Assembly: GCA_035306865.1 (NCBI GenBank)
Contig: DATGNG010000214.1
Location: forward strand, 1-24,783
Origin: Sphingobacteriaceae bacterium
GTDB taxonomy: Bacteria > Bacteroidota > Bacteroidia > Sphingobacteriales > Sphingobacteriaceae
DNA: 24,783 bases
Reading direction: 5' to 3'
Shown here: piece after piece, positions 16,121-23,276 of the stretch
Numbering within the stretch: position 1 is the first letter of the stretch
Layout: every line of letters begins with the position of its first letter
Notes under the pieces: model-generated
Told to the model about the DNA's origin: nothing
Databases searched by the model: none
The model's input: only the letters and a program-made list of their open reading frames with translations
Position numbers and translations under genes: made by a program

Positions 16121-16144
16121 TATATTTGCATATAATTACATATA
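16121..16144 (+). promoter_or_regulatory. -7 element and candidate operator of the relB-relE operon
   Basis: TATATTTG at 16121-16128, followed by CATATA-ATTA-CATATA (16129-16144) over the expected transcription start, 15 nt before ATG 16160. Confidence 0.55.
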
Positions 16145-16159
16145 AATAAATATATAGGT

Positions 16160-16432
16160 ATGGCTTCAACATCATTAGTACAGGCAAGGATAGAACCAGC
16201 CATCAAAGAAAAAGCTGAAAGTTATTTTCAGGCGTTCGGTATGGACACGGCTACTGCTATCCGTATATTTTTTGCAAAAGTAGCAGAAACGGGCAGCATA
16301 CCCTTTAAAATCGGTATTGAACCTGAAGATCTGGAAGATGCCAGAATAGCCGAAATAGCATATAGGGAGTATGAAAGTAGTGGGAAAAAATCACGTCCTT
16401 TTTCTGAACTCGTCAAAGAACTCGATCTATGA
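16160..16432 (+). CDS. Type II antitoxin, RelB/DinJ family (ribbon-helix-helix)
   Basis: 90 aa. VQARIEPAIKEKAESYFQAFGMDTATAIRIFFAKVAETGSIPF is the RelB/DinJ RHH signature. Acidic C-terminus. ATGA overlap with the toxin. Confidence 0.9.
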   Translation: MASTSLVQARIEPAIKEKAESYFQAFGMDTATAIRIFFAKVAETGSIPFKIGIEPEDLEDARIAEIAYREYESSGKKSRPFSELVKELDL

Positions 16433-16695
16433 CGTACCGTTTGGAAACTACATCAAAGTTTGACAAGCAACTAAAAAAAGCGGGCAAGACCAATCAGAGG
16501 CAAATTGTGGCATTTCTACTCAAAAATGTTGATGGAGCAACGAACCCCCGTGCGTTCGGTAAAGGATTGGTGGGCAGTAGGAAAGGATTTTGGCGATATA
16601 GAGTAGGTGATTTCCGCATTATCTGCGACATCCAGGATGAAGCCTGTATAGTATTGGCTCTGGAAACCGCACACCGGAAAGATATTTATAAGTAA
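16429..16695 (+). CDS. Type II toxin, RelE/StbE family mRNA interferase
   Basis: 88 aa, basic. Motifs FDKQLKK, NPRAFGKGL.G, WRYRVGDFRIICDI and AHRKDIYK. Confidence 0.92.
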   Translation: MTYRLETTSKFDKQLKKAGKTNQRQIVAFLLKNVDGATNPRAFGKGLVGSRKGFWRYRVGDFRIICDIQDEACIVLALETAHRKDIYK

Positions 16696-16734
16696 GCTGG
16701 ATTGAAAGTGTTAAAAATATAGTCAGATTCCCGA

Positions 16735-17295
16735 TTATTTATTGAAATTCGTCATTGTCAGCTCGATGCCGATATTGACAAAACTCTCGATCATCTGCAA
16801 AGAGGTGTCGATCAGCGCGGGGAGTGCAGCTTCTTCATCCTCATCAAAACTGCTGAGCACATAATCCGCTTGCCGCCCTTTTGGAAAATTGTCTCCAATC
16901 CCGAAGCGGAGGCGTGGGTAGCCTTGGCCGCCACAAAGTGCCTCGATGCTTTTCAGCCCATTATGACCGGCACTGCTGCCTTTGGGCTTCAATCTGATTT
17001 TGCCGAGGGGTAAGGCCAGGTCATCCACAATCACCAGGATATTTTCGAGTGGAATGCGGAGTTCGTGCATCCAGTAATTGACCGCTTTGCCACTCAGGTT
17101 CATGTAGGTCGTGGGTTTGATCACATAGACCTGTTTGCCTCTGAGTTTGAATTCAGAATAATAGGCATGCCGGAGCGTGGAGAAGGATCCGCCGACTTTT
17201 TCCACCAGCGCATCCGCCACCATAAAACCAATATTATGCCGGGTGTCTGCATATTCCCGACCAATATTTCCCAGACCTACAATCAAATACTTCAT
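16735..17295 (-). CDS. pth: Peptidyl-tRNA hydrolase
   Basis: 186 aa. Motifs LIVGLGN, TRHNIGF, KPTTYMNLSG, VIVDDL, GHNGLKSI and RLRFGIG. Confidence 0.98.
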   Translation of the reverse strand: MKYLIVGLGNIGREYADTRHNIGFMVADALVEKVGGSFSTLRHAYYSEFKLRGKQVYVIKPTTYMNLSGKAVNYWMHELRIPLENILVIVDDLALPLGKIRLKPKGSSAGHNGLKSIEALCGGQGYPRLRFGIGDNFPKGRQADYVLSSFDEDEEAALPALIDTSLQMIESFVNIGIELTMTNFNK

Positions 17296-17326
17296 TTCAA
17301 AACCAATCTTTCAAAACCAATCTTTC
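17296..17326. repeat. 14-bp exact tandem duplication immediately 5' of the pth start codon
   Basis: TTCAAAACCAATCT at 17296-17309 and 17310-17323, plus TTC. Confidence 0.9.
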
Positions 17327-17340
17327 TTCTATTAAATTGC

Positions 17341-17382
17341 TAAGATAGTGAACTCAACCAATAAGATAGTGGACTTAAACAA
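17341..17382. repeat. 21-bp imperfect tandem duplication covering the probable pth promoter
   Basis: TAAGATAGTGAACTCAACCAA / TAAGATAGTGGACTTAAACAA (18/21 identical). CTAAGATA (17340-17347) reads TATCTTAG on the minus strand, a one-mismatch -7 box. Confidence 0.75.
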
Positions 17383-17410
17383 AAAAAGCACCCAGGTTGA
17401 GGGTGCTTTT
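17381..17410 (-). terminator. Intrinsic terminator after rplY
   Basis: Stem GCACCC (17388-17393) / GGGTGC (17401-17406), 7-nt loop, A7 on the plus strand giving a U-tract on the minus-strand transcript. Confidence 0.85.
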
Positions 17411-17429
17411 ATATAGTAAGAAAGTTAAA

Positions 17430-18020
17430 TTACTTTTCCTTCTCAGCTTTTGCAGCTTCTTGTTCTGCTTGACGGAGAGCGCGGGACATCACCACTGAAA
17501 CGATGGTGTCATCGCCATTATTGAGGATGCGAGCATCTGGAATATTGATTTCCTCTACCCGTACTGATTTTCCTACTTCAAGCGGCTCGATGCTAACATC
17601 TATATACTGAGGTAAATTGGTAGGCAAGGCCCTTACCTTCAGTTTGCGGAGTTTTTGCACCAACTTACCCCCCATTTTCACCCCTGGAGATGTACCTGTC
17701 AGTTTGATGGGTACCAACATAGCTACTTCTTTGTTGTCATCCAGTTCCAGAAAGTCTATATGACGGATCTGATCGGTCAATGGGTGGAATTGACTGTCTT
17801 GGATAATGGCTTTGTATTTTTTGCCATCGATATCCAAATCAATGAAATGAGCGTCTGCAGTATAAATTGCAGGCCTCAAATCAGCTGCGGATACGGAGAA
17901 GTGGACTTGTTTTTCACCACCATAAAGCACTGCGGGCACCAAACCCTGGTAACGCAGCTCCTTCGCATCTCTTTTCCCTACGTTCTTACGTGAAGAACCG
18001 CTAATAGCAATTGATTTCAT
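17430..18020 (-). CDS. rplY: 50S ribosomal protein bL25 / general stress protein Ctc
   Basis: 196 aa. Motifs R...GK...+.LR..G.VPAVLYGG, QFHPLTD..HIDF and GVKMGG, with a C-terminal Ctc domain. Confidence 0.97.
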   Translation of the reverse strand: MKSIAISGSSRKNVGKRDAKELRYQGLVPAVLYGGEKQVHFSVSAADLRPAIYTADAHFIDLDIDGKKYKAIIQDSQFHPLTDQIRHIDFLELDDNKEVAMLVPIKLTGTSPGVKMGGKLVQKLRKLKVRALPTNLPQYIDVSIEPLEVGKSVRVEEINIPDARILNNGDDTIVSVVMSRALRQAEQEAAKAEKEK

Positions 18021-18052
18021 TATTGAATTGTTTTTAATTTTAAATTAGGGCG

Positions 18053-18084
18053 CAAAGATACTAATAGTTTGCTTAGAAAACAAA
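18053..18084 (-). promoter_or_regulatory. Canonical Bacteroidota promoter for rplY
   Basis: Minus strand TTTG (18081-18084), 20-nt spacer, TATCTTTG (18053-18060), 32 nt before the ATG. Confidence 0.75.
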
Positions 18085-18089
18085 GTAAA

Positions 18090-19034
18090 TTATTTGATCT
18101 CAAACAGGTCACTGATTGATCCGTGCTCATTGACATTTTTAATGGCATTGGCAAATAGTTTGGCAGTGGATAGTACCTTAATTTTCTCACTTTGATACTT
18201 AAGCGGAATGGTATCAGTAACAATCAATTCGGTCAATGCAGATTTTTCAATGGTTTCGTAAGCGTTGCCGGAAAGAACCGGATGTGTACAGACTGCCCGG
18301 ACACTATTGGCACCTTTTTCCATGATCAGGGAAGCCGCTTTTGAAAGGGTTCCTGCAGTATCACAGATATCATCGATCAGCACAATATCCTGGCCGGTCA
18401 CATCCCCAATAATGGACATGGATTCGATTTCATTGGCACGTTTACGCTGCTTGTCACAGATCACCACCTCTGCATTGAAGTATTTGGCAAAAGTCCTTGC
18501 ACGGTGTGAGCCTCCCATATCTGGCGAAGCAATCGTGAGGTTGGGCAGATTCAGTGATTTGATATGGGGCACAAAAATGATGGAAGCATCCAGGTGATCC
18601 ACCGGAATATCAAAGAACCCCTGTATCTGGGCCGCATGCAGATCCATAGTCATGATCCGATGCGCTCCCGCAGCCGTAATCAGATTGGCAATCATTTTTG
18701 CCGCAATGGCCACCCTGGGCTTGTCTTTCCTGTCCTGACGAGCAAACCCAAAATAGGGAACTACTGCCGTAATATAATGGGCCGAAGCTCTTTTCGCTGC
18801 GTCAATCATCAACAGCAATTCAAATAAATTGTCCGTTGGTTGGTTGGTCGATTGGATCAGAAATACATCACTACCCCGTACGGATTCATTGTAAAATGGC
18901 TGGATTTCTCCATCGCTGAATCGGGAAAGGGTCATGGAACCAAGCGGTTTCCCATAATATTTCGCGATTTTTTCTGAAAGTTCAAGGGATCCGGAACCGG
19001 AAAATAATTTGACAGGGTTAAATTGAAGGGGCAT
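18090..19034 (-). CDS. prs: Ribose-phosphate pyrophosphokinase
   Basis: 314 aa. Motifs FSDGE, PYFGFARQDRK, DLHAAQIQGFFDIPVD, SPDMGG and LIDDICDTAGT. Confidence 0.98.
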   Translation of the reverse strand: MPLQFNPVKLFSGSGSLELSEKIAKYYGKPLGSMTLSRFSDGEIQPFYNESVRGSDVFLIQSTNQPTDNLFELLLMIDAAKRASAHYITAVVPYFGFARQDRKDKPRVAIAAKMIANLITAAGAHRIMTMDLHAAQIQGFFDIPVDHLDASIIFVPHIKSLNLPNLTIASPDMGGSHRARTFAKYFNAEVVICDKQRKRANEIESMSIIGDVTGQDIVLIDDICDTAGTLSKAASLIMEKGANSVRAVCTHPVLSGNAYETIEKSALTELIVTDTIPLKYQSEKIKVLSTAKLFANAIKNVNEHGSISDLFEIK

Positions 19035-19084
19035 TGTTGTTTATATTAATTAGAAGTATCTATTATGAGTGGGTTTGTACAATA

Positions 19085-19092
19085 CAAAGCTA
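19085..19092 (-). promoter_or_regulatory. -7 element upstream of prs
   Basis: CAAAGCTA reads TAGCTTTG on the minus strand, 50 nt before the ATG and just past the tRNA terminator. Confidence 0.5.
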
Positions 19093-19095
19093 ATC

Positions 19096-19132
19096 AAAAA
19101 ATTACGGATTGCCGGCTGACAATCCGTAATTT
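19096..19132 (-). terminator. Intrinsic terminator after tRNA-Gln
   Basis: Perfect 11-bp stem ATTACGGATTG (19101-19111) / CAATCCGTAAT (19120-19130), 8-nt loop. The A-run at 19097-19101 gives the U-tract on the minus strand. Confidence 0.85.
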
Positions 19133-19140
19133 CATTTGTG

Positions 19141-19211
19141 TTGCCCGACCAGGATTCGAACCTAGACAAACAGAACCAAAATCTGTCGTACTACCATTAT
19201 ACTATCGGGCA
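19141..19211 (-). tRNA. tRNA-Gln (anticodon UUG), CCA not encoded
   Basis: Minus strand TGCCCGATAGTATAATGGTAGTACGACAGATTTTGGTTCTGTTTGTCTAGGTTCGAATCCTGGTCGGGCAA. Acceptor TGCCCGA/TCGGGCA, anticodon arm ACAGA-TTTTGGT-TCTGT, T-loop GTTCGAATC. Confidence 0.97.
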
Positions 19212-19235
19212 ATGCTACATGGCGCAAATGGTTTG

Positions 19236-19267
19236 CAAATATAGTGGGTTAGGCCATAGTTTGCAAA
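19236..19267 (-). promoter_or_regulatory. Canonical Bacteroidota promoter for tRNA-Gln
   Basis: Minus strand TTTG (19264-19267), 20-nt spacer, TATATTTG (19236-19243). Confidence 0.75.
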
Positions 19268-19333
19268 AATATTTTGAAATTAATTTTATATGCAGAATTG
19301 TGAGCGGTTTAGCCTAATTTTCTTTATTTTTAC

Positions 19334-20278
19334 ATGCATATGAGGGCTATTGTTATTTTGTTTCTGGGGTTGGCAACCTCTTTTTGTTTATCGTGCGGAC
19401 CCGCAAGTTCGGGAAGTGGGTTTTGGGGGAATTCGGAACCAAAGATTGTTTTGAATGCTGTCGATGATCTGCATCGTTTCCTGACTTACGAGGAAGGACG
19501 CTTCCCGCTGATTAGTGCCCATAGAGGCGGTCCTGAAGAAGGATATCCGGAGAATGCCATCGAAACCTTTGAATTCCAACGTAAACACCAGCCACTGATC
19601 ATTGAATGTGATATCAGGATGACCAAGGATTCAGTGCTGATCCTGATGCACGACGAAACCCTCGATAGGACCAGTACCGGAAAAGGAAAAGTAGCCGATC
19701 ATACTGCAGCGGAGTTGAAGGCTTTATTTTTGAAAGATAATGAAGGTAATATCACCAATTTTCGGATTCCTTCCCTGGAAGAAACCTTGAAATGGGGCAG
19801 GGGACGAGTGGTTTTTACGCTTGATGTAAAAAGAGGAGTGCCTTACCGAAAGGTAGTAGAGGCCATTCAGCGAAATCAGGCCCAGGCCTATTCGGTGGTT
19901 ATTACTTATAGTGCGGATCAATCTCATGAGGTGTACCGTTTGGATCCTGATCTAATGATTTCTGCTTCCATTCGTTCTCCTGCTGATCTGCTCCGGTTGA
20001 ATGACCTCAATATTCCGGACAATCGACTGGTGGCATTCGTTGGGACAAGCGAAGTAGATGAAGGCACCTATGGACTGCTGCATGGCCATGGCATCATGTG
20101 TATTTTGGGAACCATGGGCAATCTGGACAACCAGGCCGCTCGCCGTGGTCCGGAAATTTACCGGGAACTGATAGAGCGCGGGGCAGATATACTTTCTACT
20201 GATCGCCCCCGTGAAGCGGGAGAAGTCTTGCATCAATACCGATTGGACAACAAATTGTCCTCATCTTTCGTACAATGA
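19334..20278 (+). CDS. Glycerophosphodiester phosphodiesterase (GDPD) family lipoprotein
   Basis: Motifs SAHRGG, PENAIETF, IECDIRMTKD..LILMHDETLDRT and LDVK. Lipobox-like FCLSC after a hydrophobic signal. Start may be ATG 19340. Confidence 0.9.
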   Translation: MHMRAIVILFLGLATSFCLSCGPASSGSGFWGNSEPKIVLNAVDDLHRFLTYEEGRFPLISAHRGGPEEGYPENAIETFEFQRKHQPLIIECDIRMTKDSVLILMHDETLDRTSTGKGKVADHTAAELKALFLKDNEGNITNFRIPSLEETLKWGRGRVVFTLDVKRGVPYRKVVEAIQRNQAQAYSVVITYSADQSHEVYRLDPDLMISASIRSPADLLRLNDLNIPDNRLVAFVGTSEVDEGTYGLLHGHGIMCILGTMGNLDNQAARRGPEIYRELIERGADILSTDRPREAGEVLHQYRLDNKLSSSFVQ

Positions 20279-20302
20279 TCTCAGAAACCGCAATCCAACA
20301 CT

Positions 20303-21013
20303 ATGTACATAAAGGTTCAGGAAGTTTATAAATCTTATGGCAGGGAAACGGTGCTTAAAGGATTGTCATTCGAAGCGCAACCAGGCCGGGTATTGGGTTT
20401 TTTGGGTCTAAACGGAGCTGGCAAATCTACAACTATGCGGATTTTGATGGGAGTGCTGGCACCTGATGCAGGTCGGGTATGGATCGGTGACCGCTTGTTG
20501 GATCCATTGGATCAGGGGCAGCGTCGGCAGGTGGGGTACCTGGCGGAAAACAATCCGCTTTATCCGGATATGTATGTGCTGGAATTTCTGGAGTTTACTG
20601 GTAAATTGTACAAAACGGCCAGGCTGCGGCAACGGATCGCCGAGGTGGTGGAGTTGACCGGCCTTCAAACAGAACAGCATAAGCTTATAGGTAAGCTTTC
20701 CAAAGGATATCGACAAAGGGTAGGGCTGGCGCAGGCCATCCTGCATGATCCGCCTATTCTAATTCTGGATGAGCCAACTTCGGGGCTGGACCCCCATCAA
20801 TTGATCGAAATCAGGCAGCTCATCAAAATACTGGGTCAGACCAAGACCGTGCTGCTTTCCACCCATATCATGCAGGAAGTCGAAGCGGTCTGTGATGATG
20901 TGGTCATCATCCATCAGGGTAGGATCGTTGCCCAAGGCCCCCTGAATAACCTGCATCCCGAATACCAGACCGCGGGCATCGAAGAACTTTTTGTACACTT
21001 GACCCGATCCTGA
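20303..21013 (+). CDS. ABC transporter ATP-binding protein, GldA-like
   Basis: 236 aa. Walker A GLNGAGKST, signature LSKGYRQRVGLAQA, Walker B ILILDEPTSGLDP and LSTHIMQEVEA. Closely resembles GldA-type ATPases. Confidence 0.88.
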   Translation: MYIKVQEVYKSYGRETVLKGLSFEAQPGRVLGFLGLNGAGKSTTMRILMGVLAPDAGRVWIGDRLLDPLDQGQRRQVGYLAENNPLYPDMYVLEFLEFTGKLYKTARLRQRIAEVVELTGLQTEQHKLIGKLSKGYRQRVGLAQAILHDPPILILDEPTSGLDPHQLIEIRQLIKILGQTKTVLLSTHIMQEVEAVCDDVVIIHQGRIVAQGPLNNLHPEYQTAGIEELFVHLTRS

Positions 21014-21017
21014 CCCA

Positions 21018-21614
21018 CTAAAATCTATCTTCCAGTATGGTGACACAGTTTTCGGCCAGTTTTTCAATACGCTGTTTGAATTCCCCGGGTTTGGCCCTTT
21101 CGCCCAATGAAGCCATGATTCTGTTTATGCTTTCCAGGGTTCCTTCATATGGATCACAGGCATAATCTTTCTCAAGATGGGGGAGTGCCTTTGCCAGAAT
21201 ATCCTGATATGCTTCGACCAGTTTTTTGCGTTCGGCAGGATCCTCGCTGGCATTGACTTTTACAGCCATTTCGTTGCTTTCCATCAGGTAAATATAACCC
21301 ACAGCGCGGTGCACCACATGATAGTCTGGTTGCGCCTCGATCACCTTGAGATATAGTGGCAATGCTTTTTCCGCCTGTCCTTCCTGCTCATACGCATTGC
21401 CCAGGTAAAAGCTAAAAAAAACCTGACGCTGCGGATGCAGCTTGTCCAGTACGGGGAGCAACTTTTCCCCAGCCTGGATCACGCTCTGATTGTCGCCATA
21501 CAGACGGTTATTGGAAAAATCATAGTAGTGCTTCTCCGCCTCCTCCAGTGTTTGGGCATGAGCTGTCATTTGGACGGATACCAGTATCAGAAAAAGGGTT
21601 TTGAAATGTTTCAT
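21018..21614 (-). CDS. Exported tetratricopeptide-repeat protein
   Basis: 198 aa. Signal peptide (..TAHA/Q) and TPR-like YLGNAYEQEGQAEKALPLYLKVIEAQPDYHVVHRAVGYIY. Confidence 0.7.
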   Translation of the reverse strand: MKHFKTLFLILVSVQMTAHAQTLEEAEKHYYDFSNNRLYGDNQSVIQAGEKLLPVLDKLHPQRQVFFSFYLGNAYEQEGQAEKALPLYLKVIEAQPDYHVVHRAVGYIYLMESNEMAVKVNASEDPAERKKLVEAYQDILAKALPHLEKDYACDPYEGTLESINRIMASLGERAKPGEFKQRIEKLAENCVTILEDRF

Positions 21615-21625
21615 TTCTAAAGATA

Positions 21626-22012
21626 CTATTTATTTTGTTTATTGTCCAGCTCCTCCAGTTTTCGGTTTTTCTGTATCGTTCTCTCTGAAATATAGGGTAA
21701 TGTAAAGCGATCATAATGATAATACCACTCATGCCATTCCCAAAACCGCCAGGGATCCAATGTGAACGTCCGGTAGAGTTGTTTGTCTTTGACCTGAGTA
21801 TTGTTGTTCAAAAAATACTGATATCCTTCATCTCTATTTGTATAGCCTTTTCCCTTTAATCTTGCTTCTCCATATCTGAAAGTCCCATTATAATTACTGT
21901 AGGTATAATTTCGTTTCAAAAAATGGCCAATAAAGGTTAGATTCGTTAACAATACCATAGCGACAAATACGGATGACCAGGTCAGTAACCGTATATGCTT
22001 CTTTTTCATCAT
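21626..22012 (-). CDS. Hypothetical protein with N-terminal membrane anchor, aromatic-rich
   Basis: 128 aa ORF filling the gap between the TPR gene (11-nt gap) and the M42 promoter region. Basic N-terminus plus hydrophobic helix, and a WRFWEWHEWYYHYDRFTLPY segment. No family recognised. Confidence 0.7.
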   Translation of the reverse strand: MMKKKHIRLLTWSSVFVAMVLLTNLTFIGHFLKRNYTYSNYNGTFRYGEARLKGKGYTNRDEGYQYFLNNNTQVKDKQLYRTFTLDPWRFWEWHEWYYHYDRFTLPYISERTIQKNRKLEELDNKQNK

Positions 22013-22105
22013 TTTTTACTTTTCATAAATAGCTGTAGCTAATCGGTTATGAATACAAACGTAACTAAAGTGGATAGAATCGTCAACACTTTTCTCTTTT
22101 TTCGT

Positions 22106-22113
22106 TAATTTTG
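22106..22113 (+). promoter_or_regulatory. -7 element upstream of the M42 peptidase
   Basis: TAATTTTG, 35 nt before ATG 22149. No clear -33 box. Confidence 0.45.
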
Positions 22114-22148
22114 CTTATATTGAATCCTTATCCATTCACCAATAAAAT

Positions 22149-23270
22149 ATGGCAAAAAAGAAGAAAGAAGCTGTAACAGAAGCACATGTGCCGGTAGTGA
22201 CGGAGAGATCGCTGGCATTTTTTGAACAATATATCAACAATCCATCACCTACCGGATTCGAATGGTCCGGACAAAGGATGTGGTTGGATTACCTAAAGCC
22301 TTTTGTGGACGATACCTTCACTGATCATTATGGTACAGCAGTAGGTGTGATCAATCCGGGAAAAGACTTTAAGGTGGTGATTGAGGCGCATGCCGACGAA
22401 ATATCCTGGTTTGTCAACTATATTACCAAGGACGGACTGATATATGTGATACGAAATGGTGGCTCGGATCATCAGATTGCACCCTCAAAGCGGGTCAATA
22501 TCCATACCGACAAAGGGATTGTCAAAGCAGTCTTTGGCTGGCCGGCGATTCACACCCGTGGGGGTGAAAAAGAAGAGGGGCCTTCCATGAAGAATATTTT
22601 CCTGGATTGCGGCTGTACCTCCATTGAAGAAGTGGAGGCTCTGGGCATACATGTGGGCACGGTCGTTACCTACGAAGATGAATTTATGGTCCTGAATGAC
22701 CGCTATTATGTAGGCCGTGCGCTGGACAATCGTGCAGGGGGCTTTATGATTGCGGAGGTAGCGAGGCTGCTTAGTGAAAATAAGGTAAAATTGCCTTACT
22801 CTCTGTATATCGTCAATGCGGTGCAGGAGGAAATAGGATTGCGCGGAGCGGAAATGATTGCCCATCGTATCCAACCGGATGTAGCAATCGTGACCGATGT
22901 GACCCACGACACCCAGACTCCTATGATCAATAAGATCACTCAGGGAGATCTGGCTTGCGGAAAAGGGCCGGTGCTGTCCTATGCACCCTCTGTGCAGATC
23001 AACCTCAACCGCCTGTTGGTAGGAACTGCTGAAAAGCAAGGGATTCCGTTCCAACGACAGGCCTCTTCGCGAACCACGGGAACCGACACTGATGCCTTTG
23101 CCTACTCCAATTCAGGAGTGCCATCGGCCTTGATTTCCCTGCCCCTTCGCTATATGCATACCACAGTAGAGATGATCCACAAGCACGATGTCGATCATGT
23201 TATCCGATTGATCTATGAGACCTTACTGGCCCTGGAGGTGGGACAGGATTTCAGAACATTTGCCAAATAA
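22149..23270 (+). CDS. M42 family (TET-like) aminopeptidase
   Basis: 373 aa. Motifs SPTGFE, EAHADEI, RALDNRAG, VQEEIGLRGA, VTDVTH, GTDTDAF and PLRYMHT. Confidence 0.93.
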   Translation: MAKKKKEAVTEAHVPVVTERSLAFFEQYINNPSPTGFEWSGQRMWLDYLKPFVDDTFTDHYGTAVGVINPGKDFKVVIEAHADEISWFVNYITKDGLIYVIRNGGSDHQIAPSKRVNIHTDKGIVKAVFGWPAIHTRGGEKEEGPSMKNIFLDCGCTSIEEVEALGIHVGTVVTYEDEFMVLNDRYYVGRALDNRAGGFMIAEVARLLSENKVKLPYSLYIVNAVQEEIGLRGAEMIAHRIQPDVAIVTDVTHDTQTPMINKITQGDLACGKGPVLSYAPSVQINLNRLLVGTAEKQGIPFQRQASSRTTGTDTDAFAYSNSGVPSALISLPLRYMHTTVEMIHKHDVDHVIRLIYETLLALEVGQDFRTFAK

Positions 23271-23276
23271 GCTGCG

